From a virus: 64,000 bases of DNA. Below the pieces are notes generated by a model, which searched no databases, was not told the origin of the DNA, and worked only from the letters and a program-made list of their open reading frames with translations. The position numbers were made by a program, and so were the translations under genes. Where the stretch lies: positions 1 through 64,000 of the IMG/VR virus record IMGVR_UViG_3300027608_000021, one strand, 5' to 3'. Every line of letters begins with the position of its first letter. The stretch's first letter is position 1. Positions 46,754 through 56,591 of this stretch are shown here, in pieces.

Positions 46754-47001
46754 TGACAACAGAAGTAATTTGGTGGGTGACCTACCACGATAACTACCCT
46801 GGAAGAGAAGGCATGATGCATGGATACTTTGCCAATGCAGATTGTGGAACCAGCGAACTAAGGAATGCTCCTATTGAACTTCATCCAGCAAGTGGATGTC
46901 TAATTGACCATGAGTCAAGAATTGCAGAAGTAGAAATTCCACAATGGATTAAGACTGATTTAGAGCGAAACCACTGGGAAAAAGAAAACAACAACTCGTA
47001 A
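46753..47001 (+). CDS. hypothetical protein
   Basis: TAATG coupling. Confidence 0.55.
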   Translation: MTTEVIWWVTYHDNYPGREGMMHGYFANADCGTSELRNAPIELHPASGCLIDHESRIAEVEIPQWIKTDLERNHWEKENNNS

Positions 47002-47022
47002 ACATACCCTGAGGAGGTGCGT

Positions 47023-48213
47023 ATGAACCGACTCAGAGTTACTATAGTAACCACGATTATCTTCACCGCCGCGTTTACTGCGGCACTATTCTCCGCCACC
47101 CCAGTCAAGGGACTGGAAGATGCGGATACCTGGGATCAGCAGGTTGATGCCAATGGCACAATCACGCTGGAAGAAGGCTCTGTCGTAATCAACGGGTCGA
47201 ACAATCCGTTGACAGGGCAGCCTTGGCAGAATACTTCAACGCAAATCACCACCGACTCTTCGGTCGGTGAGACAGTCGTTTTTGACTGGTCTTATTTCAC
47301 AACAGACGGCTCGTTTTATGACAAGCCTCAGGTTGCCTGGAACGGCGAGTGGTATAACCTCGTTGAAGGAAATGCTCAAGCAGGAAGCGGAACAATTACT
47401 GGATATATCACCGCTGGTGGTATTTTCGGGTTTAGAGTTCTGTCTACCGACTCCTGCTGTGGCGTAGGGACGCTTACGATTACGAATACTTCTTGGATTG
47501 TCGGACTTCCGCCAACTCCAGAGCCGACTCCTGAACCAACCCCAGAACCAACCCCGACTCCTGAGCCGACACCAGAGCCAACGCCTGAGCCGACACCGAC
47601 TCCTGAGCCTACGCCTGAGCCCACGCCAGAGCCAACACTGCCACCAACTCCTGAGCCCACGCCTGAGCCAGAACCAGAGCCGACTGTAGAGCCGACTCCT
47701 GAGCCAGAGCCAGAGCCAGAGCCAACGGCAGAACCAAGCGAGGAGCCGTCAATTGAACCAGAACCAGAGCCAGAGCCGTCTACCGAACCCGAACCGTCGC
47801 CCGAAGAAACAGAGGAGCCTGAAGAGTCTCCTGTGGTATCTCCTGATCCCACTGATGTACCTGATCCTAAACCCGAATCCGATTTGCCAGATCTAGGCGA
47901 AGTAGGAGAAGCGGTTGAGGCTGTGGCAGAGGCTATCGGAGAAACATTTGAAGCTATCGGAGAAACATTCGGAGAGGCTTTAGAAACGGTGGTAAATCTT
48001 GGCGCTGACCTTTCCGAAGAGGAGAGGCAAGAAGTCCAAGCGCCAATTGTATCAGCGATTATCGTAACGCAAGTCGCTCAAGCGGCTGTCTCGATGGCTA
48101 TTGCTGCACGACCAACACCTCCAAGCGCACCAACCCCAACGCCTTCAGGCGGTGGCGGAGCGCCTGTCGGTGATGCAAAAAGTAGTGGATCAACGAAGAG
48201 GAGCCGTCAATGA
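47023..48213 (+). CDS. secreted/membrane protein with PT/PE-rich stalk
   Basis: Signal peptide, beta-rich domain, (PTPE)n linker ~47510-47830, hydrophobic C-terminal helix. Confidence 0.75.
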   Translation: MNRLRVTIVTTIIFTAAFTAALFSATPVKGLEDADTWDQQVDANGTITLEEGSVVINGSNNPLTGQPWQNTSTQITTDSSVGETVVFDWSYFTTDGSFYDKPQVAWNGEWYNLVEGNAQAGSGTITGYITAGGIFGFRVLSTDSCCGVGTLTITNTSWIVGLPPTPEPTPEPTPEPTPTPEPTPEPTPEPTPTPEPTPEPTPEPTLPPTPEPTPEPEPEPTVEPTPEPEPEPEPTAEPSEEPSIEPEPEPEPSTEPEPSPEETEEPEESPVVSPDPTDVPDPKPESDLPDLGEVGEAVEAVAEAIGETFEAIGETFGEALETVVNLGADLSEEERQEVQAPIVSAIIVTQVAQAAVSMAIAARPTPPSAPTPTPSGGGGAPVGDAKSSGSTKRSRQ

Positions 48214-48380
48214 TTAAGAAGATCATTAATGAAATCGTAGCAACTGGCTGGACTGTTTTTGGTCTTGCTATTGCATGGGCAGTTCTGCCCGATGGAGCAA
48301 CCCGCGACTTTGTTGGCGCGACTTTGTTGTTCCTGACACTAATCTGGGGTCTTACGATGCCCCTTCGCATCAAGGAATAG
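48210..48380 (+). CDS. 56-aa two-TM protein
   Basis: Read manually [10 protein letters not shown]...PLRIKE; ATGA overlap. Confidence 0.65.
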   Translation: MIKKIINEIVATGWTVFGLAIAWAVLPDGATRDFVGATLLFLTLIWGLTMPLRIKE

Positions 48381-48389
48381 GAGAGACTC

Positions 48390-49004
48390 ATGAAGTTTAA
48401 GGTCAAGTCACAACTCGACCACGTTGAAAAGGGCGGCATTCTTGACGACTGCGGTCCTTCTAGTGCCGCTGCCGCTGTTGCTTGGGCAACCAAGTACAAG
48501 TTGGACCCAAGTGCTGGAGACGGCATCAAGGCGAAGGAGCGCGCTACTGGCTTCGTCGAGAAGCAGGGCGTATCCGACAACGGTTCGTCTCTCGGCGACC
48601 TCGTTAAGACGGTCAAGCAACTTGGTGCAACCGCCCGACCTGCAAAGTCTTGGGACGATGTTGTCGCATCTGCCGCTCGCGGTGCTGCGCTAATCGTCTG
48701 GGTACAGCAGGCTGTTGGATATCCAGATGTGGAGATCTCGCAGTGGCACAAGAAGTGGGAGACCTACTGGAAGAAGGCTGGACCATCACACATCAAGGAA
48801 GGCTACGGTCATATGACTGCGGCTTGCTTTGATGCGGTGGAAGGCTGGCAGTGGGCATGCCCGACTCGCTCAGGCAAGGGCAAGGAACAGTTTGCCGTGA
48901 AGGTGACGGAAGCGCAGTTGAAGGCTATCGCAGACTCCAAGAGGGTCTCTGGCAAGGACAAGGCTCTTCCTCACAAGCACGTCGTCATTGTAGAAGTAAA
49001 GTAG
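48390..49004 (+). CDS. papain-like (C39-type) cysteine peptidase, putative lysin
   Basis: SQL...DCGPSSAA and GH motifs; precedes holin. Confidence 0.6.
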   Translation: MKFKVKSQLDHVEKGGILDDCGPSSAAAAVAWATKYKLDPSAGDGIKAKERATGFVEKQGVSDNGSSLGDLVKTVKQLGATARPAKSWDDVVASAARGAALIVWVQQAVGYPDVEISQWHKKWETYWKKAGPSHIKEGYGHMTAACFDAVEGWQWACPTRSGKGKEQFAVKVTEAQLKAIADSKRVSGKDKALPHKHVVIVEVK

Positions 49005-49013
49005 GAGTATTGA

Positions 49014-49307
49014 ATGTATCAGGACATTAAGAACGGTATTCGCTGGGTAATTGATAACACTGGCGTTGATGAGGCTCTGATTGAGTTCTTCCGAACATTT
49101 ATCACGGTATCAATCTCAGTTGCGCTCGGACTTGGCATCCCGCTCCTTGACATTTCTGGCGGAGACTTCCGAACAGTTTTGTCGGCTGGTCTTGCTTCAG
49201 GACTTCAGGTTCTTATCAAGTTCCTAGATCCTAAGAACACACAGTTCGGGATCAAGGAGAAGAGCAAGGACGAATCGGTGGACGACACCAAGCAGTTCCA
49301 GATCTAA
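49014..49307 (+). CDS. putative holin
   Basis: Two TMs, FLDPKN..FG tail. Confidence 0.65.
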   Translation: MYQDIKNGIRWVIDNTGVDEALIEFFRTFITVSISVALGLGIPLLDISGGDFRTVLSAGLASGLQVLIKFLDPKNTQFGIKEKSKDESVDDTKQFQI

Positions 49308-49328
49308 TCTAAACGAAACTCGCCCCTC

Positions 49329-49982
49329 TCAGGCTTCGTGCTTGAGGGGGGCAGTTTTGTGTTTCCTGTAGATAAAGAAGCGACCGACCCAATCTGTCCC
49401 GCCAAACGCCTCGTCCATTGCTGCTTCGCTGCGTTGGATTGGCAGCAACTCTGGGTGTAGTTCTGCGATCTTCTTCTCCCACCACTCACGGGTACGCATC
49501 GTCACATGGGTAGCGTCCACATCATCGTGCGCGGAAGCACCGTCAGAGAGGGCGATCCGCATCCAGAGTTCTCCGCTGTCCTTGAGGACTCGCAGCATTT
49601 CGCTGAGGATTCCTGGAATCTTGTCCTCGTCAATGTGCTCAAAGAACTCCCATGAGGCAACAACATCAAACATCCCTGTGGTATACGGCAAGCCATCAGC
49701 GGCATCTGCGCAGACGAGCGCACCTTTTGCAAATGGGGCACAGTTCTTTACAGCGTATTCGCTGATGTCTATGCCGAGCGCCTCGTGTCCACGAACGTTG
49801 GCATGGTGCACGAACCATCCCTTTGCTGCGCCCACATCAAGGATAGTCAATCCACGGTTGGCGTGGGGATACTCAATCTGCTCAACGATAGGAACCCAGC
49901 GTGGGTCATCGGAGTAGTTGAGGTAGTTGGAGCCTTCGGCTCGCTCAAAGTACCCTTCGCCGTATCGTGGGTCGTGAGTCAT
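49329..49982 (-). CDS. class I SAM-dependent methyltransferase
   Basis: ILDVGAAKG, GIDIS, FDVV...FEHI, RVLK. Confidence 0.85.
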   Translation of the reverse strand: MTHDPRYGEGYFERAEGSNYLNYSDDPRWVPIVEQIEYPHANRGLTILDVGAAKGWFVHHANVRGHEALGIDISEYAVKNCAPFAKGALVCADAADGLPYTTGMFDVVASWEFFEHIDEDKIPGILSEMLRVLKDSGELWMRIALSDGASAHDDVDATHVTMRTREWWEKKIAELHPELLPIQRSEAAMDEAFGGTDWVGRFFIYRKHKTAPLKHEA

Positions 49983-50164
49983 TCTTCCCTTCTCCGATCT
50001 TTCTTTGCCCATCCTTCGCCCTTGTACCTAACTGCAGGTACAGAGAAAATGCGCTTCATTTTTGTGTTGTCATCTGGGCAACGGACTTCTTTTACGACGC
50101 TCATTGAATGCTCCTGCTCTATGATCAGGTCGCACTTCTTGCAGATGTATTCGTATGTTGGCAT
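49979..50164 (-). CDS. FmdB-family Zn-ribbon protein
   Basis: MPTYEY.C..C...CP...M.RIFS.P...KG.GW. Confidence 0.8.
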   Translation of the reverse strand: MPTYEYICKKCDLIIEQEHSMSVVKEVRCPDDNTKMKRIFSVPAVRYKGEGWAKKDRRREE

Positions 50165-50165
50165 A

Positions 50166-50327
50166 TTATTTTATATTAATTAGAGCGGCCAATGTTACAA
50201 TATGAATAACCAGAGCGGTGTTCCTCGCAGCCAAAGATTCTCCTTCCTTGTGCTGCATGTATGCCCTAGCAAAGCCGATGCTCTGGAATAGCCAAATAAT
50301 AACTAGCCATGCATACCAAAAATTCAT
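50166..50327 (-). CDS. 53-aa membrane protein
   Basis: Read manually MNFWYAWLVIIW...ALINIK; ATGA overlap. Confidence 0.55.
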   Translation of the reverse strand: MNFWYAWLVIIWLFQSIGFARAYMQHKEGESLAARNTALVIHIVTLAALINIK

Positions 50328-50836
50328 CGTGGATCCTCCATCTTATCTAGAATCGCAAGGGTAATCTTCATAACCCCACGACTCTTTGGGACACCCAGTG
50401 CGTCCCAGACTGCTGGAGCAAGGTCAATGAGACGCTCGTCTCCCTTTGCCTTACGTCCCTTGCACTCGCAGTAATCCACCACCCAGACTAGCACGCTGCG
50501 CTCTGTCAGGAGAGAAGTGACGAGGACTGGATATGGCTTCATTGCAAACCTAAAGTTGTGATGAAGCCTCAACTCTGGTCCTGCCGCCCCGTAGAACTCG
50601 TACGGACCCTTGTCCTGATTGCGTGCTGGACCCCCCTGTTCTCGCGTGTACCAAGCATTGTTCTTAGAAGCATCATAGTGCGTAGCAAGACCTTTGAGCA
50701 TCACAATATCCTTAATGGTGACCTCTGGAGTTGGAGTAGGTTCTGGAGTCGGTGCTGGAGCAAGCGGTCTCGGTAGCGTATTGGAAAACGCCACTACGAA
50801 GATCGCCGTCAGCAGCGAACTCAGTAAGAACCTCAT
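50324..50836 (-). CDS. RlpA-like double-psi beta-barrel protein with N-terminal TM
   Basis: G.ATHY, AA, V.VVD.C.C, RLIDLAPAVW.ALG. Confidence 0.7.
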   Translation of the reverse strand: MRFLLSSLLTAIFVVAFSNTLPRPLAPAPTPEPTPTPEVTIKDIVMLKGLATHYDASKNNAWYTREQGGPARNQDKGPYEFYGAAGPELRLHHNFRFAMKPYPVLVTSLLTERSVLVWVVDYCECKGRKAKGDERLIDLAPAVWDALGVPKSRGVMKITLAILDKMEDPR

Positions 50837-51192
50837 TAGTCGCTGAACCCTTGCCACGAAGGAGTGTCAATCTTATCTACAAATACTGGCATACATGCAC
50901 CATCCTTTGCTGCATATGCCCCAGCAACATTGAAGTCAAAGTACTCCTCTGCCTCCAATCGGAAGTCCCGATCCGCCCCGTCAAAGGGGAACGAGTCTTT
51001 TGCACTCTCGCGGAACTCTTGCTCAAGCATATCTATGATCTTATCACGGTCGTAGATTGCCACATTCTGGTGACCGTGGCTTGCCGTAAAGTGGCTCCCA
51101 AAGCCGATCAGAGCATCACGGAATTGATCCATGATAACTGTACCAGCATACTGCTCGTGCAGTTCTTTCTCTCGCTCAGTCTGCTCAGTCAT
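50836..51192 (-). CDS. conserved phage hypothetical protein
   Basis: ALIG...VAIYD..KII...EAEEYFDFNV.GAY. Confidence 0.7.
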   Translation of the reverse strand: MTEQTEREKELHEQYAGTVIMDQFRDALIGFGSHFTASHGHQNVAIYDRDKIIDMLEQEFRESAKDSFPFDGADRDFRLEAEEYFDFNVAGAYAAKDGACMPVFVDKIDTPSWQGFSD

Positions 51193-51193
51193 G

Positions 51194-51646
51194 CTAGAAC
51201 TCCCTGCGCTTGTATCGCGGAGCCTGCTCGTCCTCTCCATAAAGATCCTCAATGGAGATGTTCAGGATCTCAAGCAAGGCTGGGATCATGTTAGAGCGGG
51301 GCGTAGTTCGCCCATGCTCCCACAAACTCAACGCTGCCTGAGTGATCCCAAGAGAATCTGCAACCTGCTTCTGCGATACATTTGCTGTCTTTCGGTACCT
51401 TCGGATATTGTTTCCGATCGTCGTAGCTGTTTGAGCAACGTCAAGGGATCGGACCCGATACTGCGGCGTTTCGTACCCCTTGACCTGATCTGTGTTTACA
51501 ACGACTGGATCTTTTGACCCTGCAATGCGAACGACATAGTAGTCCACAGAAGCGCCATCTTCGGTGGTTGCAGTCATGCGCTCCTTGAGTATCTCCGCCC
51601 TAACGGAAACGATCTTCCCGCTCTTAAATGAAAAGTCTACGGACAT
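51194..51646 (-). CDS. XRE-family HTH regulator
   Basis: IG.NIRRYR...SQ..VA..LGITQ.ALS.WE.G.T.P. Confidence 0.85.
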   Translation of the reverse strand: MSVDFSFKSGKIVSVRAEILKERMTATTEDGASVDYYVVRIAGSKDPVVVNTDQVKGYETPQYRVRSLDVAQTATTIGNNIRRYRKTANVSQKQVADSLGITQAALSLWEHGRTTPRSNMIPALLEILNISIEDLYGEDEQAPRYKRREF

Positions 51647-51663
51647 CTAGTGCCTCTCTTTCT

Positions 51664-52290
51664 CTACCGACGAAATGTGTGCGTCTCTGGGTATCCATCC
51701 ACTTCCGTTGTTGGAGTTGGTCGGATGCCCTTAGCGTACCTGAAAATCTGTTCCATTGCTTCTTCTTGCGCGACATAGTTCTTGTGCCCCTCTGCCTCAA
51801 CGGACAGTGCCCACACGAAATCAATCGGGTCTACCTTACCAAGAGAATCCCAGTCCTTTGAAAAGCCTAGGCAATACTGCTTGGTGATATGACCATCGTA
51901 TGTCTTGCCGTTAATGTAACTGCGCTTTGAATCCCTGACCTTGATGTATCCATTGAAGACAACGTTCACGAAGTCTTTCACGAACATCTGTTCTCCGTCC
52001 GCTTCTCTCGCGGCTTTATGCAGATCCGCTATCGTCGCCTTCCCGCTCGTCACCCTCGTCCGAATACGAGATGCCATATCCGAGAGATAAGCCAAGCGCT
52101 TCTTCTGTTCGTCGGTAAGCGGCATCAAGATCTTCAAATCGCCCAACAGTCGTCGGACTTCCGCAAGTGACGCGGGGACACCATGCCCATGATCCATTGC
52201 CACTACTCTTGGCAAGGACGTAGGTGTTGTCTCCGCAGACCGAACAAGTGGGACCGTCACCGAGTTGCCGAACTTTAAGTTTTCGCTCAT
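51664..52290 (-). CDS. hypothetical protein
   Basis: 208-aa ORF in operon. Confidence 0.7.
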   Translation of the reverse strand: MSENLKFGNSVTVPLVRSAETTPTSLPRVVAMDHGHGVPASLAEVRRLLGDLKILMPLTDEQKKRLAYLSDMASRIRTRVTSGKATIADLHKAAREADGEQMFVKDFVNVVFNGYIKVRDSKRSYINGKTYDGHITKQYCLGFSKDWDSLGKVDPIDFVWALSVEAEGHKNYVAQEEAMEQIFRYAKGIRPTPTTEVDGYPETHTFRR

Positions 52291-52529
52291 TCTTCACAAT
52301 CTCCATCGCAATCCTCGTTACTGCAGTTGTTCGTGCATTCCCATGCGCAATCTACTTCTAGATTCCAATCACAGGCTACACAATCACATTGCCTAACTTT
52401 GACGACTGGCTGCTCGTCCAAATCCTCCGCTGGGGATTCCTTGGACGAGCGTCGCCCTTCATCTTCCTCAGCAACGACAGCAATAATTACTTGCTCATCG
52501 TCTAGGCTGAGTTCAGACCAATCAGTCAC
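52287..52529 (-). CDS. acidic Cys-rich small protein
   Basis: Overlap coupling on both sides. Confidence 0.55.
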   Translation of the reverse strand: MTDWSELSLDDEQVIIAVVAEEDEGRRSSKESPAEDLDEQPVVKVRQCDCVACDWNLEVDCAWECTNNCSNEDCDGDCEE

Positions 52530-53094
52530 CGTTTACCAGAGAAGCGACAGCCGCAGCATACGCTGGGTCAATCGTCGGTGCGGTGTTTGTTGGAGACTGG
52601 CTAATCTCCGCAGATGCTCCGCTTCGGCGACCGCCAAGTGGCTTAATCGCAACGACACGGTTCTTCTGCTTGCCGTCATTCTTTCCGAGGTAGACAATCA
52701 GCGAGAGGCGAACCTCACGACCGACCAACTCCTCCGTGTCTCCCGACGGAATCTTGGAGTTAAGATCCGCAATGCCATTTGCTGCGAGGAAGAACTGGCG
52801 AGCAATGCTTGCCGTGCCGTCCTGCTTGAACCCCATGCGGCTTGGATCAACGTCCTTCCAGATCCAGCGTGACTCAACCTTGTTGCCGTCAATGTCCTCA
52901 ATCGGAGCACCGTCAGCGAATGAAAGAATGTCAAACTTAATAGTGAAGACATCAATGATCTTCCCCTCAAAGTTTGGCTTAGCCTGCTGCTTGATCTCAA
53001 TGATCTTGGCACGATAGTCTTCGTTTCCTGGAAGTGCCTTTCGGTCTTCCACTCCACTAAACTCGTCTGCCCCAGGAACTGAATAGTTAGCCAT
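52522..53094 (-). CDS. putative OB-fold ssDNA-binding protein (DUF669-like)
   Basis: LP...Y.AKI..I, LVGREV.L, KNRV..IKP. Confidence 0.55.
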   Translation of the reverse strand: MANYSVPGADEFSGVEDRKALPGNEDYRAKIIEIKQQAKPNFEGKIIDVFTIKFDILSFADGAPIEDIDGNKVESRWIWKDVDPSRMGFKQDGTASIARQFFLAANGIADLNSKIPSGDTEELVGREVRLSLIVYLGKNDGKQKNRVVAIKPLGGRRSGASAEISQSPTNTAPTIDPAYAAAVASLVNGD

Positions 53095-53155
53095 TCTAAC
53101 TTACCTGCCTTTCTTTTCTCTCTCTATCTATCTTACCTGTTATTCAGGTCAGCCC

Positions 53156-53184
53156 AGTATAAGGGATAACAAATCCGCTGTCAA
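53156..53184 (-). promoter_or_regulatory. near-consensus sigma-70 promoter TTGACA-17-TATACT
   Basis: Read directly on minus strand upstream of 53094. Confidence 0.75.
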
Positions 53185-53299
53185 CACACTCTACAATTTT
53201 ACTTATATAAACCACCCCTTCCACAAGTTATAAGTATAACATATCCACAACCAGTGTGGTACAGTGCCTCCGTCAAGCAATACAGCGATAGGAGGTTCT

Positions 53300-54232
53300 A
53301 TGCCAGTAATCGGGTTCATATCGTCGGACGGTACATCAGATCAGCCAGAAGGTCAAGGGCACTGCTCATTTGAGTTTGCCCTCCAACTGGCTAAGGATCG
53401 TCATGGGGCGTTTCCTTATCCGTACCCACTCCTCAAAGGAATCGTAGACTCCGTTCAGAATCGGGGCGACTACATCAGCGCGACTTCCGTGCTGCACTGT
53501 CTCCGCGCTGACTACATGAAGCGGAAGGAAAACTACTACTCCACGGTGGAGTCAATGTATCCGTCGTTCCGTGGGACGCTGTTCCATGGGCTGCTGGAAA
53601 AGAACGCGCCAGACAATGCGCGGATTGAAGAAAAACTTAAGCGAACCTACAAAGGCATTGAGATCGGTGGAACATTTGACTCGGTGCTTTGCTTCCCTGA
53701 CGATGCGGACAAGAAATATATTATTCAGGACTGGAAGACGACGGAAAATTTGCCGAAGTACGACAGCCCATACTCGTCGCACATCGTCCAAGTAAACCTC
53801 TATCGCTGGCTGCTTGGGTTCAAGCCTGAAGATGTCGTGATGGAAGTTCATTACTTCTCCATGAAGGGTCATAAGGTCTGCCAACTTAAAGACGGCACAG
53901 GCATTGCTCGTGGCGGACGATCTCCAGTCAACCAGCATTGGTCTGACGAAAAGGTGGAGTCGTACCTAGACGACCGACTGATCAAACTCAAAGCCTCAAT
54001 GGTCGCTGGGATGCCAATGCCATACAACATGGTTGGAGAGGACGAGAAGTGGGAGTGCGAGTACTGCCCAGTTCGGCAGAAGTGCGCAACACTTGCTCGC
54101 AGCGAGGAAGAGGCAACTTGGCGCAAGCGCGCTGGCTTGCCACCGACTGGTGCTGAGGGCGAAGATTCAGTAGCGTGGGTAGAACTCATCAAGGGCGTAG
54201 AGGCTCGCATCTCTAAGGCTGGTGCAAAGTGA
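53300..54232 (+). CDS. Cas4/RecB-like PD-(D/E)XK exonuclease
   Basis: SAT...C.R, RGT.FH, G.FD, DWKT, Q...Y, CEYCP...C. Confidence 0.85.
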   Translation: MPVIGFISSDGTSDQPEGQGHCSFEFALQLAKDRHGAFPYPYPLLKGIVDSVQNRGDYISATSVLHCLRADYMKRKENYYSTVESMYPSFRGTLFHGLLEKNAPDNARIEEKLKRTYKGIEIGGTFDSVLCFPDDADKKYIIQDWKTTENLPKYDSPYSSHIVQVNLYRWLLGFKPEDVVMEVHYFSMKGHKVCQLKDGTGIARGGRSPVNQHWSDEKVESYLDDRLIKLKASMVAGMPMPYNMVGEDEKWECEYCPVRQKCATLARSEEEATWRKRAGLPPTGAEGEDSVAWVELIKGVEARISKAGAK

Positions 54233-55584
54233 ACGCCACTGCTGCAGTAGGCACCACGCCGCACAGCAAGGAGGCAGAGGCTTCCTTCCTCGCGTCGTGT
54301 CTCATTGACGAGAACGCGATAGAGATTGGTCTGGACTTGGACATGAAGCCAGAGGACTTCTTCTCGCCAGCGCACGCTGACATTTGGAAGGTGATGACCA
54401 GCCTGAAGAACAACCGCAAGGTCGTTGATATGGTCACGGTCTCCGATGCCTTGCAAGGATGCGCGAGCATTGAGTTTCCTGCGACATTCATCACGGACTT
54501 GAGCCGAGCCAACGCTGGGCTTTCGTACAACGCAAAGGATTACGCGCAGATCGTCCGAGATAAAGCGAGCCGACGCGCTCTGCTCACTGCCACCCAGCAA
54601 ATCGCTGGGCTGGCGTACGACGAGAGCCGTCATGTGGATGTGATCTTTGATCAGGCTGACGCGACATTCCGTCGGGTCACCGCAAAGGTCGTGGACACTG
54701 GTGTAGACCCAAGCCCTGCTGCGGTCATTGAGCGCATGGAGCAAACCAAGTCCAGCGGAGTCCCAGTGAAGTTCCCGCGACTCAACCAGATTACTGGCGG
54801 TCTCGTGAAGGGTCATCTCTGGGTCGTCGGTGGCTTCTCGTCCACAGGTAAGAGCGCATTCGCGGTCAATCTGCTGGACGATGTTGCTCGTGCTGGACAG
54901 GCTTCGGTGATGTTCTCCACGGAGATGAGCGCGGAGCAGTACATGCACCGTATGATCTCCCTGACGAGCCAGATCCCGCAGCGCGTGCTGAAGAACGGCG
55001 CGATGACGCTGGAAGAAAGCACGCAATACAAACTGGCGACTGACTTCTGGAAGTCCAAGAAGGTCATGATCTACGATAGCCTCTACACGGTCACCAAGAT
55101 CCGACGCGCTGCCAAGCGCATCAAGGAACAGCAGGGGCTGGATGTCGTCTTTGTGGACTTCATTCAGAACCTGTCGGAGACTGGCGATGAGGTCAAGGAC
55201 GCTCGCCTTGCCGCGATCCAACTGCAAGCGATGGCGAAGGAACTGGATGTCTGCGTCGTTGCGCTGAGCCAGATCTCCAACGCCCAAGCGATGCAGCAGA
55301 ACGAGACTGGTGCGATGGGTAACTACTACGCCTTCAAGGGCAGCGGGGCGATCAAGGATGCCGCCGATGTTGCCATCATGCTTGACCGCGACCGCGTGAA
55401 CAAGCCTGATGTTCTCTGGGTGAATGTCGTCAAGAACCGACACGACTCCATTGACCGAATGGCTGCGTGGTTTGATCTCTCCACTGGTACAATCCGAACC
55501 ATGAGCATTGACGAACAACTTGCGGCTGATCCAAACAGCGGTCGCCGCTCCAAGCAAAAGGAGAGCAGCGATGAAGTTTCCTGA
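54229..55584 (+). CDS. dnaB: DnaB-like replicative helicase
   Basis: PHS.EAE, GFSSTGKS, FSTEMS, VDFIQ, LSQ, GSGAI..AAD, KNRH. Confidence 0.92.
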   Translation: MNATAAVGTTPHSKEAEASFLASCLIDENAIEIGLDLDMKPEDFFSPAHADIWKVMTSLKNNRKVVDMVTVSDALQGCASIEFPATFITDLSRANAGLSYNAKDYAQIVRDKASRRALLTATQQIAGLAYDESRHVDVIFDQADATFRRVTAKVVDTGVDPSPAAVIERMEQTKSSGVPVKFPRLNQITGGLVKGHLWVVGGFSSTGKSAFAVNLLDDVARAGQASVMFSTEMSAEQYMHRMISLTSQIPQRVLKNGAMTLEESTQYKLATDFWKSKKVMIYDSLYTVTKIRRAAKRIKEQQGLDVVFVDFIQNLSETGDEVKDARLAAIQLQAMAKELDVCVVALSQISNAQAMQQNETGAMGNYYAFKGSGAIKDAADVAIMLDRDRVNKPDVLWVNVVKNRHDSIDRMAAWFDLSTGTIRTMSIDEQLAADPNSGRRSKQKESSDEVS

Positions 55585-55816
55585 AGGCGTAACCGTAGAG
55601 CAGGTGTTCACTGAGAACTCTGGAGACTTGACATCAGAAGCACGGCGAGCCATTGACGAGTTGGTGAACAAGGACATCCTGATCACGCTAAAGGGAAGGG
55701 TAAAGTTCGTCGGTAGCCGAGTACTTACCTTCCAAGCGACAGATGCATACGACAAGGTGGATACCATCGGAGTCAGGGCAAGCGATATCGTGGGGCTGGA
55801 GTTCCCAAATGAGTAA
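55571..55816 (+). CDS. hypothetical protein
   Basis: SD, operon packing. Confidence 0.6.
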   Translation: MKFPEGVTVEQVFTENSGDLTSEARRAIDELVNKDILITLKGRVKFVGSRVLTFQATDAYDKVDTIGVRASDIVGLEFPNE

Positions 55817-56195
55817 CCAGATAACGCAGAGCGAGCAGGAACTGCTGGCTCATGTCCTGCAAATGCTTGGAACAGGTCAGGCAACAACACAGAATCTTGA
55901 CGACTACTTAATTGGATACGCCGTGCTAGGGCGTATTGTAGCCATTGCACAGGGTGAGTCAGAGCGGTCGGAGCAGGAGCGAAAGATCGCATGGGCACGC
56001 GCATTTGCTGACGCAAAGTCATCACCAGAAAAGACGAGTGACAAACTCGCCGAAGTGAAAGCAGACCTCGTGGTAGAGAGCCTACGGCTCAAGGAAATAA
56101 ATGCCCGTGAGCGACTGACCAACCTTCGCAATACTTGGCAAGCGGTGGAGCAAGCCATCAACGCCATCAAGTTCTTGGGAAGGAACGGTGCGTAG
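55809..56195 (+). CDS. coiled-coil protein (UvsY-like?)
   Basis: All-helical composition; replication operon. Confidence 0.55.
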   Translation: MSNQITQSEQELLAHVLQMLGTGQATTQNLDDYLIGYAVLGRIVAIAQGESERSEQERKIAWARAFADAKSSPEKTSDKLAEVKADLVVESLRLKEINARERLTNLRNTWQAVEQAINAIKFLGRNGA

Positions 56196-56591
56196 GTGAA
56201 AGACCCATTCCGAAAGCCGCCAGTAAACGCTGGGTCTGGGGTGGTGTGCGTAGACTTTGACGGCACGCTATTTCCATACCGACCGCTATACGAACTGAAC
56301 CCACCAATCAACGGCGCGGTTGAGGCGGTGCGCTGGATGAAGGCACAGGGGTACAGGATCGTGATCTTTACCTCTCGCTGCTCTACAACTTGGTGCGAGC
56401 AGTCAGGAGAGAGCCTCTCCGCAAACCTCATCTGGGTCATTGACCGACTCATTGAGAATGGTATTCCATACGACGACATCACGGCAGAGAAAATCCCAGC
56501 AGAGTTTTATATTGACGACCGAGCGATTGAGTTCCGAGGAGATTGGAACGAAGTCCTAGAGCGAATGAAGTCAGAACGGAGGGTGCATTGA
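56196..56591 (+). CDS. HAD-superfamily phosphatase-like protein
   Basis: VDFDGTL, IFTSR, K..A..YIDDRA. Confidence 0.8.
   Translation: MKDPFRKPPVNAGSGVVCVDFDGTLFPYRPLYELNPPINGAVEAVRWMKAQGYRIVIFTSRCSTTWCEQSGESLSANLIWVIDRLIENGIPYDDITAEKIPAEFYIDDRAIEFRGDWNEVLERMKSERRVH

Noticed and set aside
53869-56025. 718-aa minus-strand ORF
   Set aside because: Antisense shadow of DnaB and neighbours, with no recognisable motifs
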